This document shows positions 30,376 to 32,000 of a DNA stretch of 32,000 bases, one piece after another (position 1 is the first letter of the stretch; each line of letters begins with the position of its first letter). Source of the DNA: Nitrososphaera viennensis EN76 (GTDB lineage Archaea; Thermoproteota; Nitrososphaeria; Nitrososphaerales; Nitrososphaeraceae); assembly GCF_000698785.1 (NCBI RefSeq), contig NZ_CP007536.1, forward strand, positions 450,001 through 482,000. Reading direction: 5' to 3'. Under the pieces are notes generated by a model that saw nothing but the letters and a program-made list of their open reading frames with translations, was not told the origin of the DNA and did no database searches. The position numbers were made by a program, and so were the translations under genes.

Positions 30376-32000
30376 TTGTGGGACACGTACAGCAGTGGTG
30401 AGGACAAGGCGCCCCGCGCCGACGTCGGCAGGCTCGTCAAGTGGGGCATCCTTGCAGCGATGGGCATCGTGATATTCACGGTAGCCAGCAACCAGGCAGT
30501 CAACCTGCTCCTCAACCTGTCTGAATTCGGAGACGTCTACTCAAAGACGCTCTACTACTCCATCATCTCCGGGCTTGCACTTGCCGCAATAGCGCTTGTG
30601 CGCGTAAACGCCGCAAGCAGGCACTCCATAGTATGGTACGCAGTCAGCCTGATAGTCCGGTTCGTCAAGAGAAACGACTTTGAGGCGCTGTCAAAGCCGG
30701 CCCGTTATTCTGACTTTCACATGAGCCCGCTCAGCTTTGGGCTGTGGCAGGCCACAAAGGTAGTGGTCCTTGCGCCGCTCTTTGCCAACATGGGCTTTGG
30801 CATGGCAATGGCGTACATGGCTGAAGGAAACGACATCGACATTTCAAGCATCGGCTCGATCCTCTCCATCCCGTTTGCCAACGTGCCGGCCGACGGCGCG
30901 TTTGCCCGGGAAAACGTCGTCCCGGCGATACCGGCGCTTGCGCTTTTGATGCCTGCGCTCATAAGCGCAGTCGGGGTGCGGCTGCTCGTCTACGTGGGCG
31001 TGTCAGGCGCAGTCAATGTCGTGTCGCAGTACATGGTGGATGCGGCAGAGCACAAGCCCAAGTTCCTCTCGTACATATCGACAGTCGAGGTGATCGTGGG
31101 CGCAGCCATATTCTGGGCGGGCTTTACCCTCTTTTTCAGCGCAGGCATCGACTTTAACACGAAATACCTGATAGCCGGCGCCCTTGCGCTTGGCGCGGCG
31201 CTCATCCTGTACGGGTTTATGGACAAAAGGCGCGCCCGCGTGATCATCTACCCGCCAAGAAGGCACGTCTACATGCGCCTTGTGACGGTCGCCGCGGTCG
31301 TGGCAATCGTAGGCTCGATAGTCGCGGTGAACACGAGCATAGCAGAGGCAAAAAAGGTCGAGTGGCGCGGGCCGTACATCGCGCAGGAAATTGCGGTCAA
31401 CCGCAACATTGCAGAACTTGACCAGGTAAGCGTCGTGAACTATGACGTCAAGCCGCCGTCGGTTGCGCCGGCAAACATACCGCAGATGGTAAACGCCAAC
31501 CGCGACACCCTGAACAACATACGGCTGTGGGACAAGGATGCGGCAAGCCAGAAACTAAAGCCGGAGCTGGGCCAGAGAAACGACATCGCCTTTGCCGACA
31601 CGGACATGCTGCGCTTTTCCGGCACGATGTACTGGACGGGAACGACCACCCCGAAACTGCCAGACACGGTCGCGCAGGGGACGGAGTGGTTCAACCAGCA
31701 CCTTGTATACACGCACGCAATCCCGGGGTTCAAGATGCTTGAAGCCGACACTGGAAGCATCGTCAACGAAGACAAGTTCTTGCCCCAGGAGCGTATCTAC
31801 TATGGCGAAAGCGGAAGCGAAGGGCTGTTCTCCCGCAGCTGGTCAGCGTACCCCGTCGGAAGGTCCACAAGCGACGAGATATCCCAGTTCTTTTACAACG
31901 GCACAGGAGGCATCGACGTGTCCCCTCCTGTCAGCTGGATGTTTGAGCCAAACTTTATGCTGTCGTACCCGGACACCCCGATCCACATCATGAGGTACAA
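30376..32000 (+). CDS. UPF0182 (COG1615)-like large polytopic membrane protein, 3'-truncated by the window edge; absent from the ORF track
   Basis: My own translation in frame 1 runs from TTG 30376 (or ATG 30460) for 541 codons without a stop to the window end. It has N-terminal TM helices, then EIAVNRNIAELDQV...NNIRLWD...MYWTG...IHIMRY, reminiscent of UPF0182. Confidence 0.65.
   Translation, partial: MWDTYSSGEDKAPRADVGRLVKWGILAAMGIVIFTVASNQAVNLLLNLSEFGDVYSKTLYYSIISGLALAAIALVRVNAASRHSIVWYAVSLIVRFVKRNDFEALSKPARYSDFHMSPLSFGLWQATKVVVLAPLFANMGFGMAMAYMAEGNDIDISSIGSILSIPFANVPADGAFARENVVPAIPALALLMPALISAVGVRLLVYVGVSGAVNVVSQYMVDAAEHKPKFLSYISTVEVIVGAAIFWAGFTLFFSAGIDFNTKYLIAGALALGAALILYGFMDKRRARVIIYPPRRHVYMRLVTVAAVVAIVGSIVAVNTSIAEAKKVEWRGPYIAQEIAVNRNIAELDQVSVVNYDVKPPSVAPANIPQMVNANRDTLNNIRLWDKDAASQKLKPELGQRNDIAFADTDMLRFSGTMYWTGTTTPKLPDTVAQGTEWFNQHLVYTHAIPGFKMLEADTGSIVNEDKFLPQERIYYGESGSEGLFSRSWSAYPVGRSTSDEISQFFYNGTGGIDVSPPVSWMFEPNFMLSYPDTPIHIMRY

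Noticed and set aside
1-32000. CRISPR arrays, rRNA genes, IS elements, transposases, integrases, and known defence systems (Cas, toxin-antitoxin, Abi operons).
   Set aside because: I saw no regularly spaced direct repeats, no rRNA-like conserved stretches, and no ORF with DDE, tyrosine-recombinase, serine-recombinase or Cas signatures. The CPBP (Abi-like) protein is a common housekeeping-type membrane protease and by itself is not evidence of a defence system.

Overview
This window is an archaeal chromosomal segment. The evidence is ribosomal protein S26e, PriL/PriS primase, A-type ATPase subunit F, the ADH-synthase/DHQ-synthase-II entry to the shikimate pathway, a GHMP-type shikimate kinase, and TATA boxes 22-32 nt upstream of start codons. 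Assigning it to Nitrososphaeria/Thaumarchaeota is inference only. Most of the window is dense housekeeping: pyrG, NAD kinase, a PfkB kinase, rps26e, a CDP-alcohol phosphatidyltransferase, a two-component pair, a PQQ-type sugar dehydrogenase, a class II aldolase, atpF, nfo, priL-priS, and a 5' partial UPF0182-like membrane protein that the ORF track misses. The centrepiece is a minus-strand aromatic amino acid supercluster (aroA', aroB', aroD, aroE, aroK, aroA, aroC, a chorismate mutase-aminotransferase fusion, tyrA). A ~2.5 kb wedge of small non-pathway genes splits it between aroB' and aroD. The wedge holds an orphan beta-class SPPY DNA methyltransferase, a Zn-ribbon protein, a membrane-anchored protein, an 87-aa protein, and an unannotated 47-aa classical C2H2 zinc-finger ORF that heads the aroD-tyrA operon. 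A second accessory stretch (about 9.7-14.5 kb) holds small membrane, Zn-binding and coiled-coil proteins, a TM-anchored J-domain protein, a CPBP protease, an SRPBCC protein, and a SnoaL-like gene next to an AT-rich islet. I found no rRNA, tRNA, CRISPR array, transposase, integrase or recognisable defence system. There is no clear-cut novel system. The best candidates for follow-up are the wedge in the aro cluster, the domain fusions (NAD kinase-wHTH, chorismate mutase-aminotransferase), and a response regulator that lacks a known output domain and is paired with a co-transcribed 83-aa helical protein. All of these rest on motif reading without database searches.
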